A DNA stretch of 64,000 nt, taken from NCBI GenBank assembly GCA_043803405.1, contig JAZDKB010000023.1:12863-76862 (forward strand). The letters are read 5' to 3'. Under the pieces are notes generated by a model that was not told the DNA's origin, did not search any database, and saw nothing but the letters and a program-made list of their open reading frames with translations. A program made the position numbers and the translations under genes. Shown one piece after another: positions 10,795 through 21,276 of the stretch (positions within the stretch are counted from its first letter, which is position 1; each line of letters opens with the position of its first letter). The DNA comes from Spirochaetota bacterium. Lineage in GTDB: Bacteria; Spirochaetota; UBA4802; JAFGDQ01.

Positions 10795-11292
10795 ATGATT
10801 AAAAAAATACATACATTGCTTATTTTTGTTTTATTTTTTCAGGCCGGACATTTGTACGCGGAAAAGACAGTGGATGTTTTTGTTATCCGCAGCAATGTGA
10901 TTAAAAGCTGGATACAATATTCAATTAAGCTGACCGGTGATTTTAACTTTATCGGTAATGAACCTGTATTCGGATTCAGAAAAAGGCCGGGCGGGAGCAG
11001 GCGCGAGTTGAGTTATTTTGAAAGCCGATATTATGGAATTGAATCCCAGAGAATAATAAATGACTCGACGATTGAACTGGGATTAAAAGCTTTTCCTTCA
11101 AGGAAGGTAATCATTGAAATTAAAAACAGAACGGTTATTTCATATATAGACATAAACGGAAAGAAATGCGTTTTTATTGAAGCCATGATATATGCTAAAA
11201 AAGGATTGCTTACAAGTTACACCGGATACGCAGATATTATCGGCATGGATATTGAATCAAAAACAAAAGTATACGAGCGAATTAATAAATAA
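10795..11292 (+). CDS. Secreted protein, DUF4833-like
   Basis: Signal peptide; RRELSY..YGI, INGK and G.D....V.ERI patterns recalled for DUF4833. Confidence 0.55.
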   Translation: MIKKIHTLLIFVLFFQAGHLYAEKTVDVFVIRSNVIKSWIQYSIKLTGDFNFIGNEPVFGFRKRPGGSRRELSYFESRYYGIESQRIINDSTIELGLKAFPSRKVIIEIKNRTVISYIDINGKKCVFIEAMIYAKKGLLTSYTGYADIIGMDIESKTKVYERINK

Positions 11293-11309
11293 TAATAATT
11301 ATTTCAAGT

Positions 11310-11525
11310 TTATTCAGTGAATTCGTATCCTTTGAATTCCGTTGTTTTACCCAGGCTTAATTCGTATAAATAATGTTCCAGCTTAACAATTGACAGCATG
11401 TATTTATAGATGAGCCTGGCATATTTTTTTTTGATATTGTTGCGGACGTGCCTGAACAATAATGAATCGAATAAAAATGCTGAAACGGATTTTACGGCAT
11501 TATACATTTCTTTGATAAATACCAT
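11310..11525 (-). CDS. Small hypothetical protein
   Basis: 71-aa ORF in otherwise intergenic space with an AAGGTGA RBS upstream. Confidence 0.45.
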   Translation of the reverse strand: MVFIKEMYNAVKSVSAFLFDSLLFRHVRNNIKKKYARLIYKYMLSIVKLEHYLYELSLGKTTEFKGYEFTE

Positions 11526-11851
11526 TAAAAATCACCTTTGAATTATATCGTCTGAACGATATATTAATTTATTAATTGCTTAGTATGTGAAAATTTATTC
11601 AGAAGAAAAGTAAATGAATAATAAAGAAAAAATTAAATTATAATGAATTTATGAATCTGTATTAAACTGTTCTGCTTGTCTTAATTAAGCTGTCTAGAAA
11701 ATTTTAATCGCCTTCTGCCGGTACATTGTCACATTCGTTTTTTTGCGGTTAATTGCACCAAAATTGGAATACATAATAAAAACATAATATTTTTATCCAA
11801 AATTAATACCGGATGAATATATTATTTATTAGTTAAATTATTTTTAAGGTT

Positions 11852-13132
11852 ATGCCGGGTGATTTTATGCAGAATATTATGTTTAGGGAAGAGGCGACTG
11901 ATGGCATTTTAGAAATAATGACCGGGCAAAATGCTGATGATACTGATCTAAACAGAAGCCGGATTAATATCAAGAAACCGTGCAAGCTGTTTGGGCAAGT
12001 AATCGGGAAAATCGCAAGCAGCCATTATTATACCGGCGGCGACGTAAAGGTTGAAGATATTCTTTCACAATTAAACAACGATGAATCTGTTTCTTCACTC
12101 GGAGTGGTTGATGGCAGTGGCGCTATAATAGGAATCGTCACCCGAAATATGTTTTTTGATATTTTGGGCAGGCCATTCGGATGGGACTTGCATAAAAACA
12201 AGAAGATCAGCACCATTGTTATTGACGCGCGGCGTTATGAATATACGACAAATATATTTTCGATTGCAGATGCTATTACCGGCGATTTAATGTCAAAAAG
12301 CGACATACATTACATTCTGACCGATGAAAATGATCGTTTTTTTGGAATTTTTAATAACAGAGACCTCCTGATGTATCTTTCATACATTACGCAGCGCGAT
12401 ATCGGCTTCGCGAAAAATGTTCAGTCAAGTATAATAAATGAAGAGACCATGTATCAAAACAAATACTGCGAAATTCTTGCCGGCACACGAATGGCCAAGG
12501 ATGTCGGCGGCGATCATTATATAATTAAAAAGCACAATGATACCAACTGGTTCATTTCAGTATGCGATGTTGCCGGGAAGGGAATATCAGCATCACTGGT
12601 GTCGGTTTTACTTAGCGGAATGAATTATATGTATGATTTTAGCCTGGGGATTAAACAATTCGTTTTACGTTTAAATTCTTTCGTCTACTCCTCGTTTAAA
12701 TCGGAAAAGTTCATTACCGGTATATTTGCAGATTTTAACGAAAAAAGCGGCAAAATAACGGTATTTGATGCGGGTCATTCCCATTGTTTCCTGATTAGAA
12801 ATAAAAAGTGCATACCTTTAAAATCGGTTTCCGAAAACATTCCAATCGGAGTGTCGTCCGAATACAGTCCGGCAGGATACAGCTTTACAATGAAAGCGGA
12901 AGATATGCTTGTATTTTTGACTGATGGGATTGAAGAGCAGACTAATCCCGAAGGCGACAGGTACGGACAGGAAGCGCTGATCGGCCACATATTGAAACAG
13001 CGGTCAGCTGAATTAAAAGACCTGAAGAATTTCATATTCAGCGACATACGCGCATTCAGAAAACACCAGACTCAGGATGATGACATGACACTCCTTATGC
13101 TGAAATACACTGGTGGGATTCTTCATGCTTAG
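11852..13132 (+). CDS. CBS-like domain + SpoIIE/PP2C phosphatase
   Basis: VGGDHY, DVAGKG, TDGIEE, QDDDMT; N-terminal CBS-like VVD...IGIVTR. Confidence 0.9.
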   Translation: MPGDFMQNIMFREEATDGILEIMTGQNADDTDLNRSRINIKKPCKLFGQVIGKIASSHYYTGGDVKVEDILSQLNNDESVSSLGVVDGSGAIIGIVTRNMFFDILGRPFGWDLHKNKKISTIVIDARRYEYTTNIFSIADAITGDLMSKSDIHYILTDENDRFFGIFNNRDLLMYLSYITQRDIGFAKNVQSSIINEETMYQNKYCEILAGTRMAKDVGGDHYIIKKHNDTNWFISVCDVAGKGISASLVSVLLSGMNYMYDFSLGIKQFVLRLNSFVYSSFKSEKFITGIFADFNEKSGKITVFDAGHSHCFLIRNKKCIPLKSVSENIPIGVSSEYSPAGYSFTMKAEDMLVFLTDGIEEQTNPEGDRYGQEALIGHILKQRSAELKDLKNFIFSDIRAFRKHQTQDDDMTLLMLKYTGGILHA

Positions 13133-13296
13133 AAGCGATTTGCTTTAGTTCCCCGAACCGGCTGCATTCTCCCGGATTATTAAATATTTATTTATTATAT
13201 CTTTATATATTTCTAACAAGACCCGCTTATTTCTACCTTAATAGTTCAATTAATTAAATTTTTGTCAAATTTTTGTAAATCCGGGAGATATTTGAA

Positions 13297-14358
13297 ATGA
13301 TTAATTTTGCGCTTGTAGGATGCGGCAGGATTGGAAAGCGCCATGTAGATCTGCTGGGGAACAATCAGATAAAAAACGCGCGCCTTGCCGCTGTTTGCGA
13401 CGTAGTGGAAGAACGCGCAAAAGATTTCGGTTCCAGGTACAATGTGCCTTATTATACCGATATGGACCGCATGATGGAAACCGAAAAAAGCATAGATGCC
13501 GTTTCGATCCTGACGCCAAGCGGCCTGCACGCAGGCAATGTTATAAATCTCACAAAATATAAAAAGCATATTCTTGTTGAAAAACCGATGGCTCTCACCT
13601 TAGACGATGCCGATGCCATGATCGCGCAATGTGCGGAAAACAACATTAAGCTGTTTGTCGTAAAGCAAAATCGTTTTAATGTTCCGGTAAGGATGCTGCG
13701 GAACGCGCTTACTGAAGGGCGTTTCGGCAAACTGATATTCGGGACAGTAAGGGTGCGCTGGTGCAGAAGGCAGGACTATTACGATCAGGACTCCTGGCGC
13801 GGCACCTGGGCTTATGACGGAGGCGTATTCGCAAACCAGGCAAGCCATCATATTGATCTGCTTGAATGGATGATGGGCGAGGTGGATTCCGTGTTCGCGA
13901 AAAGCACTACTGCTCTTGTTAATATTGAAACCGAGGACACAGGCGTAGTAATCCTCAGGTTCAGAAACGGCGCCCTGGGAGTTATTGAAGCTACTACAGC
14001 CGCGCGTCCGAAAGACCTTGAAGGTTCCATATCCATACTGGGTGAATACGGTACAGTGGAGATCGGAGGTTTTGCTGTAAACGAAATGAAGGTATGGACA
14101 TTCGTTCCTGAGAGGCCCGAGGATAAGGAAATTTTAACAAAATATTCGGTGAATCCTCCCAATGTATACGGCTTTGGGCATAAAGAATATTACGATGATG
14201 TCGTAGACAGCATAATCAATAATACGAAAGCTCTTGTGGACGGCCTTGAAGGAAGAAAAAGCCTTGAGCTGATTTCGGCAATATATGAATCCGTTGAAAC
14301 CGGCCGCGAAGTATATCTCAGGTTTAAACCTCAGAGATGCAAGCTGGGTATATTATGA
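13297..14358 (+). CDS. Gfo/Idh/MocA nucleotide-sugar 3-dehydrogenase (WbpB/WlbA-like)
   Basis: [24 protein letters not shown]. Confidence 0.9.
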   Translation: MINFALVGCGRIGKRHVDLLGNNQIKNARLAAVCDVVEERAKDFGSRYNVPYYTDMDRMMETEKSIDAVSILTPSGLHAGNVINLTKYKKHILVEKPMALTLDDADAMIAQCAENNIKLFVVKQNRFNVPVRMLRNALTEGRFGKLIFGTVRVRWCRRQDYYDQDSWRGTWAYDGGVFANQASHHIDLLEWMMGEVDSVFAKSTTALVNIETEDTGVVILRFRNGALGVIEATTAARPKDLEGSISILGEYGTVEIGGFAVNEMKVWTFVPERPEDKEILTKYSVNPPNVYGFGHKEYYDDVVDSIINNTKALVDGLEGRKSLELISAIYESVETGREVYLRFKPQRCKLGIL

Positions 14359-14948
14359 TAGCATCGACAGCCTTAGTTTATCCGGATGTAAAGCTGGGGG
14401 AGAACTGCATCATCGAAGATTATTGTATAATAGGAGTGCCTGTTGCAGGGCATAAAAAAGTGGAAACTATCATAGGGGATAATGCCGTTATCCGTTCACA
14501 TACTGTAATATATGCCGGGAATATTATAGGAAACAATTTTATGACCGGTAATAAGGCGAATATCAGGGAGCTCAATGAAATCGGCAATAATGTAAGCATT
14601 GGCACCATGAGCGTAATAGAATATAATACGAAGATATCCGATAATGTAAGGATTCATTCCCATGCTTTTATTCCCGAGTTCACGGTTCTGGGACGCGGTT
14701 GCTGGATCGGGCCAAATGTTGTAATTACTAACGATCGTTATCCCAAATCTCCTGCAGATAAAAAGAAGCTTCAGGCAGTTAATGTAAACGAAAATGCGAA
14801 GATAGGTGCAAACGTAACGATTTTACCGGGAGTTATTATCGGTAAAAATTCGCTTGTTGGCGCAGGAAGCGTTGTGACCCATAATGTAAAAGAAAATTCA
14901 ATTTACTCAGGCAATCCCGCCAGGTTTTTTCGCAATATTCATTATTAA
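14355..14948 (+). CDS. Hexapeptide-repeat N-acetyltransferase (WbpD/WlbB-like)
   Basis: Left-handed beta-helix repeats, [21 protein letters not shown] overlap with the upstream stop. Confidence 0.85.
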   Translation: MIASTALVYPDVKLGENCIIEDYCIIGVPVAGHKKVETIIGDNAVIRSHTVIYAGNIIGNNFMTGNKANIRELNEIGNNVSIGTMSVIEYNTKISDNVRIHSHAFIPEFTVLGRGCWIGPNVVITNDRYPKSPADKKKLQAVNVNENAKIGANVTILPGVIIGKNSLVGAGSVVTHNVKENSIYSGNPARFFRNIHY

Positions 14949-15077
14949 TAATCAGTCTTAAGTTTGATCTGAAGCGGGTTATGCGCGGAGTTACCGTAGT
15001 ATTCTAATTTAAATATTATAATTACGCAGCCGGATTTCATTGTAAATAAGAATAATATAGAATTTAGAGGATAAGAA

Positions 15078-16178
15078 ATGATACCGTTCGTTGATTTAAA
15101 CAGGCAATATAATGAGATAAAGAACGAAGTGCAAAGTAAGATTGGCGAAGTGCTTGCTTCAAAGGCGTTTGTCCAGGGGAAGCATGCGAATCTGTTTGAA
15201 AAAGAATACGCGAAAGCGCATAAGCTCCCGTATTTTTTCGGATGTTCAAGCGGGAGCTGCGCTTTGCTTATCGCAGCCACTGCGCTGGGTTTATCCGAAG
15301 GTGATGAAGTAATTACAACGCCGCACACATTCATTGCAACTGCAGAGCCGATTTATCATCTTAAAGCCAAACCTGTGTTTGCGGATATTGATCCTGTAAC
15401 ATATAACATAGACCCGGCGAAAATTGAAAAAGCGATCACAAAAAAAACCAAAGCCATTCTGCCGGTGCATCTTTACGGAAATCCGGCGGACATGGACGCG
15501 ATTATGGAGATAGCCCGCGAGCATAATTTGCTTGTGCTGGAAGACTGCGCTCATGCACACTTCGCAGTTTATAAAGACCGCTATGTGGGAACATTCGGGG
15601 ACATAAGCGCTTTCAGTTTTAATCCTGGCAAAAACATGGGCGCGTACGGTGACGCGGGCGGAGTGGCGTCCACGCGCGAAGATCTGATAAAAAGGGCGCA
15701 AAAAATATTCGATCACGGCCGCCTTGATAATTACCTGCACGACATGATAGGATATAATTTTCGTCTGGATGGGATACAGGGCGCAGTGTTGTCAGTGAAA
15801 CTTAAATATATTCCGGAATGGACAAAGAAACGCGTGGAAAATGCAGAGCTGTATAATAATTTATTTAAAGATCATACGAACATTATTACGCCCAGGGCAA
15901 TGGAAGGCTGCGGGCATGTTTATCATTTATACGTTATACAGGTGAAAAACAGGGATCTCGTTATAAAACATCTGAAAGATAAAGGCATTGATGTCCGCAA
16001 TCATTATCCTGTGCCGCTGCATCTTCAGCCGGCTTTTAATTATCTCGGATACGGAAAAGGGGATTTCCCTGTTACCGAAGAAGTAGCGAACAGGGTTGTC
16101 AGCCTTCCGATTTTTCCGGAACTGACGGGTGATGAGATTTCTTTTATTGCAAACGAAGTGATTAGTGTTGCTGAATAA
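15078..16178 (+). CDS. DegT/DnrJ/EryC1/StrS aminotransferase (WbpE/WlbC-like)
   Basis: MIPFVDL, PVHLYG, EDCAHA, SFNPGKNMGAYGDAG. Confidence 0.92.
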   Translation: MIPFVDLNRQYNEIKNEVQSKIGEVLASKAFVQGKHANLFEKEYAKAHKLPYFFGCSSGSCALLIAATALGLSEGDEVITTPHTFIATAEPIYHLKAKPVFADIDPVTYNIDPAKIEKAITKKTKAILPVHLYGNPADMDAIMEIAREHNLLVLEDCAHAHFAVYKDRYVGTFGDISAFSFNPGKNMGAYGDAGGVASTREDLIKRAQKIFDHGRLDNYLHDMIGYNFRLDGIQGAVLSVKLKYIPEWTKKRVENAELYNNLFKDHTNIITPRAMEGCGHVYHLYVIQVKNRDLVIKHLKDKGIDVRNHYPVPLHLQPAFNYLGYGKGDFPVTEEVANRVVSLPIFPELTGDEISFIANEVISVAE

Positions 16179-16198
16179 TATAATGAAGAGATATTTTT

Positions 16199-17155
16199 AT
16201 GTACAGAAAGAAGAAGATATCGCTGGTAATTCCTGCGTACAATGAAGCAAAACTGATAAAGCCTACGCTTGATGGAGTGCCGAAGCTGGTAGACCGCATT
16301 TATGTTGTCGACGATAAAAGCACGGACAACCAGAATAAAGTTATCCTGGATTGCGCGAAAAAAGACAAAAGAATAGTGCTGCTTAAACACGATGTTAATA
16401 CAGGCTGCGGGGGCGCAATTATTACAGGATATCTCAGGTCCAGCATGGATGGCTACGACATTATTCTTGTAGTCGGGGGCGATAATCAAATGCCTCTTGC
16501 CGAGGCGGCCAATCTTCTTGACCCGCTTATAGACGGGAAAGCCGATTACGCCAAGGGCAACCGTTTTATGCTTTCTCAGTTTAAAAAAACAGTTTCTAAA
16601 ATGCCACGTCTCAGGTTTTTCGCGAACTGGATTTTAACCGCTCTTACCAAGATATGCTCTGGATACTACAAAACATCTGATGTTGTGGACGGATATACTG
16701 CAATAAGTAAAAAAGCAATTGATACTATCAATTGGTCGAAAGCGTGGAAAGCGTACGGTTACCCGATAGATTTCCTGACCCGTTTAAACGCGTACGGTTT
16801 TAAGGTGATTGATGTGCCCCGTACGGCAATTTACCTTGATGGCCAGGTGCAGTCCCAGATTAAAGGCCTGAACTATTTTATTAAAGTTTCGCCGATGATA
16901 CTTCGCAATTTTTTCTGGCGCCTTAATTTTAAATATCTGTATCTTGACTTTCATCCTCTCGTATTTTTCTATTATTTTTCCATTATTTTAATACCCTTAG
17001 GCCTTGCGCTCGGCATTTATCTGGTGCTGGATAAATTCTTCCTGGGAGATACTCATGTAACGCCATCAATGAGCATTCTCACTGCCCTCCTTCTTGTGAG
17101 CGGATTTCAGTTTCTGCTGTTCGCGATGTTTTTCGATATGCAGGAAGGAGTGTAG
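16199..17155 (+). CDS. GT2 glycosyltransferase, polyprenol-phosphate sugar synthase-like, with two C-terminal TMs
   Basis: IPAYNE, VDDKSTD, KGNRF, C-terminal TM pair. Confidence 0.85.
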   Translation: MYRKKKISLVIPAYNEAKLIKPTLDGVPKLVDRIYVVDDKSTDNQNKVILDCAKKDKRIVLLKHDVNTGCGGAIITGYLRSSMDGYDIILVVGGDNQMPLAEAANLLDPLIDGKADYAKGNRFMLSQFKKTVSKMPRLRFFANWILTALTKICSGYYKTSDVVDGYTAISKKAIDTINWSKAWKAYGYPIDFLTRLNAYGFKVIDVPRTAIYLDGQVQSQIKGLNYFIKVSPMILRNFFWRLNFKYLYLDFHPLVFFYYFSIILIPLGLALGIYLVLDKFFLGDTHVTPSMSILTALLLVSGFQFLLFAMFFDMQEGV

Positions 17156-17172
17156 TTCTGGCAGGGTTAACA

Positions 17173-18183
17173 ATGCGTATTCCCGCGAATCTGGGTGAAC
17201 ATTGCCGTATAATAACGGAAGAAGCAATAGATATTGACAGATGCTTCAGGGATTTTTCCGTTGCCGCAGGAGAAAAGCTTCTCAGGTATTATATGGCTCC
17301 GGTTTTAAAATATATGCCTACAGGCCTGCGGTATGCAGTAACTGATATTGCCAAGCGCTTACGCAATCCTTCGCGAAAGGTTAACTTGAATTATCCGATG
17401 GATTTTATTGAAAACAGAAAAATCGTCAGAAGATTAAAAAATGATCTCAGGCCATGGTGGGGTAAAAAAGCCGTAGTCTCTATTTCTCACGATGTGGACA
17501 ACGACAGGGGCTATGCCTTTGTCTCAAGAATGGCGGAAATGGACCATAAAGCAGGGATCATGTCCGCGTTTAATTTTCTTACGCATGATAATTATGTTCC
17601 GGATAAAAGCGTGCTTGAGCATCTTAAAGGCATGGGGATGGAAATAGGACTTCACGGATATACGCATGACCAGGGATTTGCTTTTCGCAGCCGCGTGAAT
17701 ATGGCAAAGCAGCTCGCTGCCGCGCTTTCGGCCCTTGAAGGATTGGGTATAACCGGCATAAGAACTCCGGCATTGTCGAAGAGCCGGGCATACTTCGCTG
17801 CAATACGGGAAGCAGGATTAAAATATGATTCTTCAATGCAGATAGGGTCCGGCATATATCAGGGCGTAAGGCTGCCTTACCCGTATTATTTTGAAGAGTT
17901 CGGTATATGGGAGATACCGCTAATGATACAGGATGATAATTATCTCAGGGATTCAGCCACAAACGAGAAAGACATGCTTTCATCTATCATACGTTTTATT
18001 GAAGAGACCATTGCACTTAACGGCGTTATGGTGCTGAACATGCATCCTCACCTGATGTGCGACAGAAGCAGCCTGTATCTTAAGGTTCTTGACGCTCTTT
18101 CGGACTACAAAAAAGAAGTCAGCTTTACAGCAACAGGCATGATTTATGAATACGCGGAACAGCAAAGAAAAGAGAATGTTTAA
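17173..18183 (+). CDS. Polysaccharide deacetylase family protein
   Basis: SHDVD, EIGLHGYTH, YDSS, WEIP, NMHPH. Confidence 0.85.
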   Translation: MRIPANLGEHCRIITEEAIDIDRCFRDFSVAAGEKLLRYYMAPVLKYMPTGLRYAVTDIAKRLRNPSRKVNLNYPMDFIENRKIVRRLKNDLRPWWGKKAVVSISHDVDNDRGYAFVSRMAEMDHKAGIMSAFNFLTHDNYVPDKSVLEHLKGMGMEIGLHGYTHDQGFAFRSRVNMAKQLAAALSALEGLGITGIRTPALSKSRAYFAAIREAGLKYDSSMQIGSGIYQGVRLPYPYYFEEFGIWEIPLMIQDDNYLRDSATNEKDMLSSIIRFIEETIALNGVMVLNMHPHLMCDRSSLYLKVLDALSDYKKEVSFTATGMIYEYAEQQRKENV

Positions 18184-19898
18184 TGAATAAACATCATAAA
18201 AATACCGGATATCCGGTAATATATAAATATATTGCTTTATGTATAATTATTGCTTCCGTCGCTTACGCTGTTCATTATTTTAATTACATGGCGACACCTA
18301 CTGAAGATTTTATATCCAATTTTCGCCAGAAAGTCCTGGATATTCACGCGGGTAAATATCCGGGCGCAAGTTATAATATTATGCCTGTGTTTCCCATTGT
18401 CCTCGCATTTTTAACGAAGATAAATCCGTTTCATTTTACGCACGACTCAATCTACGATACCGCAATTCTCCTTAATATTCTGCTTTTTATACCGTATATG
18501 TTTCTTGTATACGATATATTCCGGAGATTCCTTGAACCCCGGTTAAGCCTTGCGGCATTGCTTTTGCTTTCTGTCAATATAAATACTGCATACACCGCGG
18601 TAAATGCCGAGCTTGAAATGCTTATGACGCTTTTAATAGTATTTGCGATATGGCTGTCAGTCAGGGATTCGAAGTTTGCATACATCCCGGCATTTTTTGC
18701 GTCAGGAATAAAATATGATTCAGTGTTTATTATTCCGGCTGTCATGTTCCGTGATTTTTTTTTAAAGCGGCAAAGGATAATAACGCTTGTGCTGGGGGCT
18801 TTGTCTTCTGCAGGGGTTTGCCTCTGGCTGTTTCTTTCCGTAAAATACGGCAATTCATACGTTTCCGAAATTGCCAGCCGCGGCCCGAATATTTACATGT
18901 TCCCGATAGACTGCATTCTGACCGCTGCCGGTTTTGTGCCATGGACGGCAATGCATGGGTACGAATCTTCCGAACATTATTTTAAGATACCGCTTTATGC
19001 GGTTTCAGCGATATTCACATTGTTTGTGCTTGTCATCCTGGTCAGAGGCGTCATATTTTTATTCAGGCAGAAACGGAAAGAAGCTGTTTCCATACTGGTG
19101 TTCTTTTCCGGATTTGTTCTGATTCACATGATATACCAGAATACGAAAACAAGGTACGTGCTGCCCATACTTTGCTTTATGTACCTGTTCATGTTTTACG
19201 GCCTTCCGGGTGTGTCGTCTTTGCTGCGCCGGCTGCCGGTAGTGAAAATATCCGCTGAAACTTCGCGGATGATTACGCGGATATTTGCTTTCATTGCCGG
19301 AGCCGCATTTATCGCAGGTACGGTCGTAATACTCTTTAATTTACCGGCCACGCTTGTTATTTTTAGTTTTGTATTTACTGCGCTTCTTAGCATAATAATA
19401 TTCGCTGACGGGAATAAGGAAAGGAAACGTAATAAAATAATGCTCGCTCTTTGCGGCTGTGTAATAATTAATCTGTCGCTTTTTTACGGCGTCAGGACAA
19501 TGGATCATTACAGTTACAGGCGCGTGGAGTTTAAAGAGGCTGCCTTATGGTATTCTGCTCATTCCGCTAACAGCGACCGCATGCTCATAAGCATCACAGA
19601 TATGCCGATGTATTACACTGGCCTTCCGGCAAAGAGGTTTATCGGCGCAACGCAATTGAGAAGCACAACACTTGACGATCTTATCAAGGAACTTCACGAT
19701 GAAAAAGTGACCCATGTATTTGTTGATGATTTTTACATACGTCGTTACAGGATAAAAGATCCGAATTCCATTGAGAAAAAAGCATGGCTTTTTAAGGATA
19801 TAAGGGATAAAGGCGAGGCAACGAAGCGCTTTAAGCAGGTTGCGGCATTCGAGCCCAGGGCCGGAATTAAAAGCTATATGTACAGATTCATTCCGTGA
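18183..19898 (+). CDS. Multipass membrane protein, probable GT-C glycosyltransferase
   Basis: D in the first loop, PVFP, RYVLP, many TMs, soluble C-terminal domain. Confidence 0.6.
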   Translation: MNKHHKNTGYPVIYKYIALCIIIASVAYAVHYFNYMATPTEDFISNFRQKVLDIHAGKYPGASYNIMPVFPIVLAFLTKINPFHFTHDSIYDTAILLNILLFIPYMFLVYDIFRRFLEPRLSLAALLLLSVNINTAYTAVNAELEMLMTLLIVFAIWLSVRDSKFAYIPAFFASGIKYDSVFIIPAVMFRDFFLKRQRIITLVLGALSSAGVCLWLFLSVKYGNSYVSEIASRGPNIYMFPIDCILTAAGFVPWTAMHGYESSEHYFKIPLYAVSAIFTLFVLVILVRGVIFLFRQKRKEAVSILVFFSGFVLIHMIYQNTKTRYVLPILCFMYLFMFYGLPGVSSLLRRLPVVKISAETSRMITRIFAFIAGAAFIAGTVVILFNLPATLVIFSFVFTALLSIIIFADGNKERKRNKIMLALCGCVIINLSLFYGVRTMDHYSYRRVEFKEAALWYSAHSANSDRMLISITDMPMYYTGLPAKRFIGATQLRSTTLDDLIKELHDEKVTHVFVDDFYIRRYRIKDPNSIEKKAWLFKDIRDKGEATKRFKQVAAFEPRAGIKSYMYRFIP

Positions 19899-20035
19899 GC
19901 AGGTTTCCGTCTCCGGAAACTGCGTTAGAACCTTTATTGTTATATAATGTATTTCATCAGGAAATTGTGAGACTAAAGTTCATTGGTTTTGGGATGCCCT
20001 CTTAATATATATTAAAAAAAATTATGAGTTAAGGT

Positions 20036-21082
20036 ATGGAAAAAAGGAATAAATCAGGCAATCCTGAAGCTGTCAAAACCCGGAAAAAAAGCGAAATTCT
20101 GACTATTCGTTCATTTGTTATGCTGGCGTTTTCGATTGCGCTGGCAGTATTTCTTTTTCATCAGATTAATATAACAGAAACACTGCGCGCATTCAGCAGC
20201 GCGGATCTGGTTCCGGTTACAGCTGCCTGCTGCATATATTTTATTTCGAACTATTTCAAATCAATACGCTATAACGCGATCCTGAAAAAGTATTCAATCG
20301 GAGCTTTCAATATATTCGCGATTACTGCTTATCAGAATTTTTTTAATCAGTTGTTACCCGCGCGCGCAGGCGAGTTAACATTGATTTATTACATGAAGAA
20401 AATTGCGGGGGCAGATGTTTCCAGCGGGTTCCATGTCCTTTTAGTGACCAGAATATATGATTTTATAGTTGTAGCCGCTTTTTTTATTATTTCACTGGTA
20501 ATTTATAGCGGTCACAATATGCCATATTTCCTTATGATCGGGACAGGGTTATTTGTCGTCTCCATAATATTTTTATTCAGCATAAAGCGGATCGTCCATA
20601 TTGCGCAGGCGCTTTATAACCGGGCAATCGTTCGTTTTGGATTACTAGAAAAACCGGCAGCCATGAAACTAAAAAGCGGACTGGAAAAACTTGATACGGA
20701 ATTTTCGGATTATGATATAGCACGACAGGCTCCTGTTCTGGTGCTTACCAGTATTTTTGTATGGATAACGCAGTATCTTCTGGCGTACCTGGTTATTATC
20801 TCATTTGGAGTGAATCTAGGTATAGCTCAGTCAGTCGCAGGTTCAACAGGCCAGGTAATTGCCAATGTGCTGCCTGTGAACAGTTTCGGAAGTTTCGGCA
20901 CACTTGAAGCCGGCTGGACAGGGGGCTATGTGCTCGCCGGAATGAGTGCTCAGGACGCGATAACAACCGGCCTGGCATATCATTTCATAACACTGGCTGC
21001 GGCCATAATGCTTGCTTTCGTCTGTTATGGAAGCAGAAAAATCATCGAAAGCAGGCGATCCGCTTTAACGTTTCGTTCATAA
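20036..21082 (+). CDS. LPG_synthase_TM family flippase-like membrane protein
   Basis: NQLLPARAGE, RIYD, GSFGTLEAGW. Confidence 0.85.
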   Translation: MEKRNKSGNPEAVKTRKKSEILTIRSFVMLAFSIALAVFLFHQINITETLRAFSSADLVPVTAACCIYFISNYFKSIRYNAILKKYSIGAFNIFAITAYQNFFNQLLPARAGELTLIYYMKKIAGADVSSGFHVLLVTRIYDFIVVAAFFIISLVIYSGHNMPYFLMIGTGLFVVSIIFLFSIKRIVHIAQALYNRAIVRFGLLEKPAAMKLKSGLEKLDTEFSDYDIARQAPVLVLTSIFVWITQYLLAYLVIISFGVNLGIAQSVAGSTGQVIANVLPVNSFGSFGTLEAGWTGGYVLAGMSAQDAITTGLAYHFITLAAAIMLAFVCYGSRKIIESRRSALTFRS

Positions 21083-21189
21083 CAAATTCAATTTATTTCC
21101 CTTCGGCGCTTATCTTAACAAATAAATTATAATTCATTAACCGGAATTTATATAATTATAATTATTTATTTATGAAAATATATTTATTA

Positions 21190-21206
21190 TGTCACTTGGA
21201 TTTCAC
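21190..21206 (+). promoter_or_regulatory. Pho-box-like direct repeat
   Basis: TGTCAC-TTGGA-TTTCAC, 11-bp period, about 70 bp upstream of a phosphoesterase. Confidence 0.4.
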
Positions 21207-21276
21207 TCCTGCATCTTATTCGTGTTTTGTGTTTATTATTTAAAGAACAAATTTATTTTAAAGGACTATTGTCTCC

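Noticed and set aside
13297..16178. gnnA/gnnB for lipid A diamino-glucose
   Set aside because: The intervening acetyltransferase and downstream GT2/deacetylase fit a WbpB/D/E-type route better; not fully excluded.
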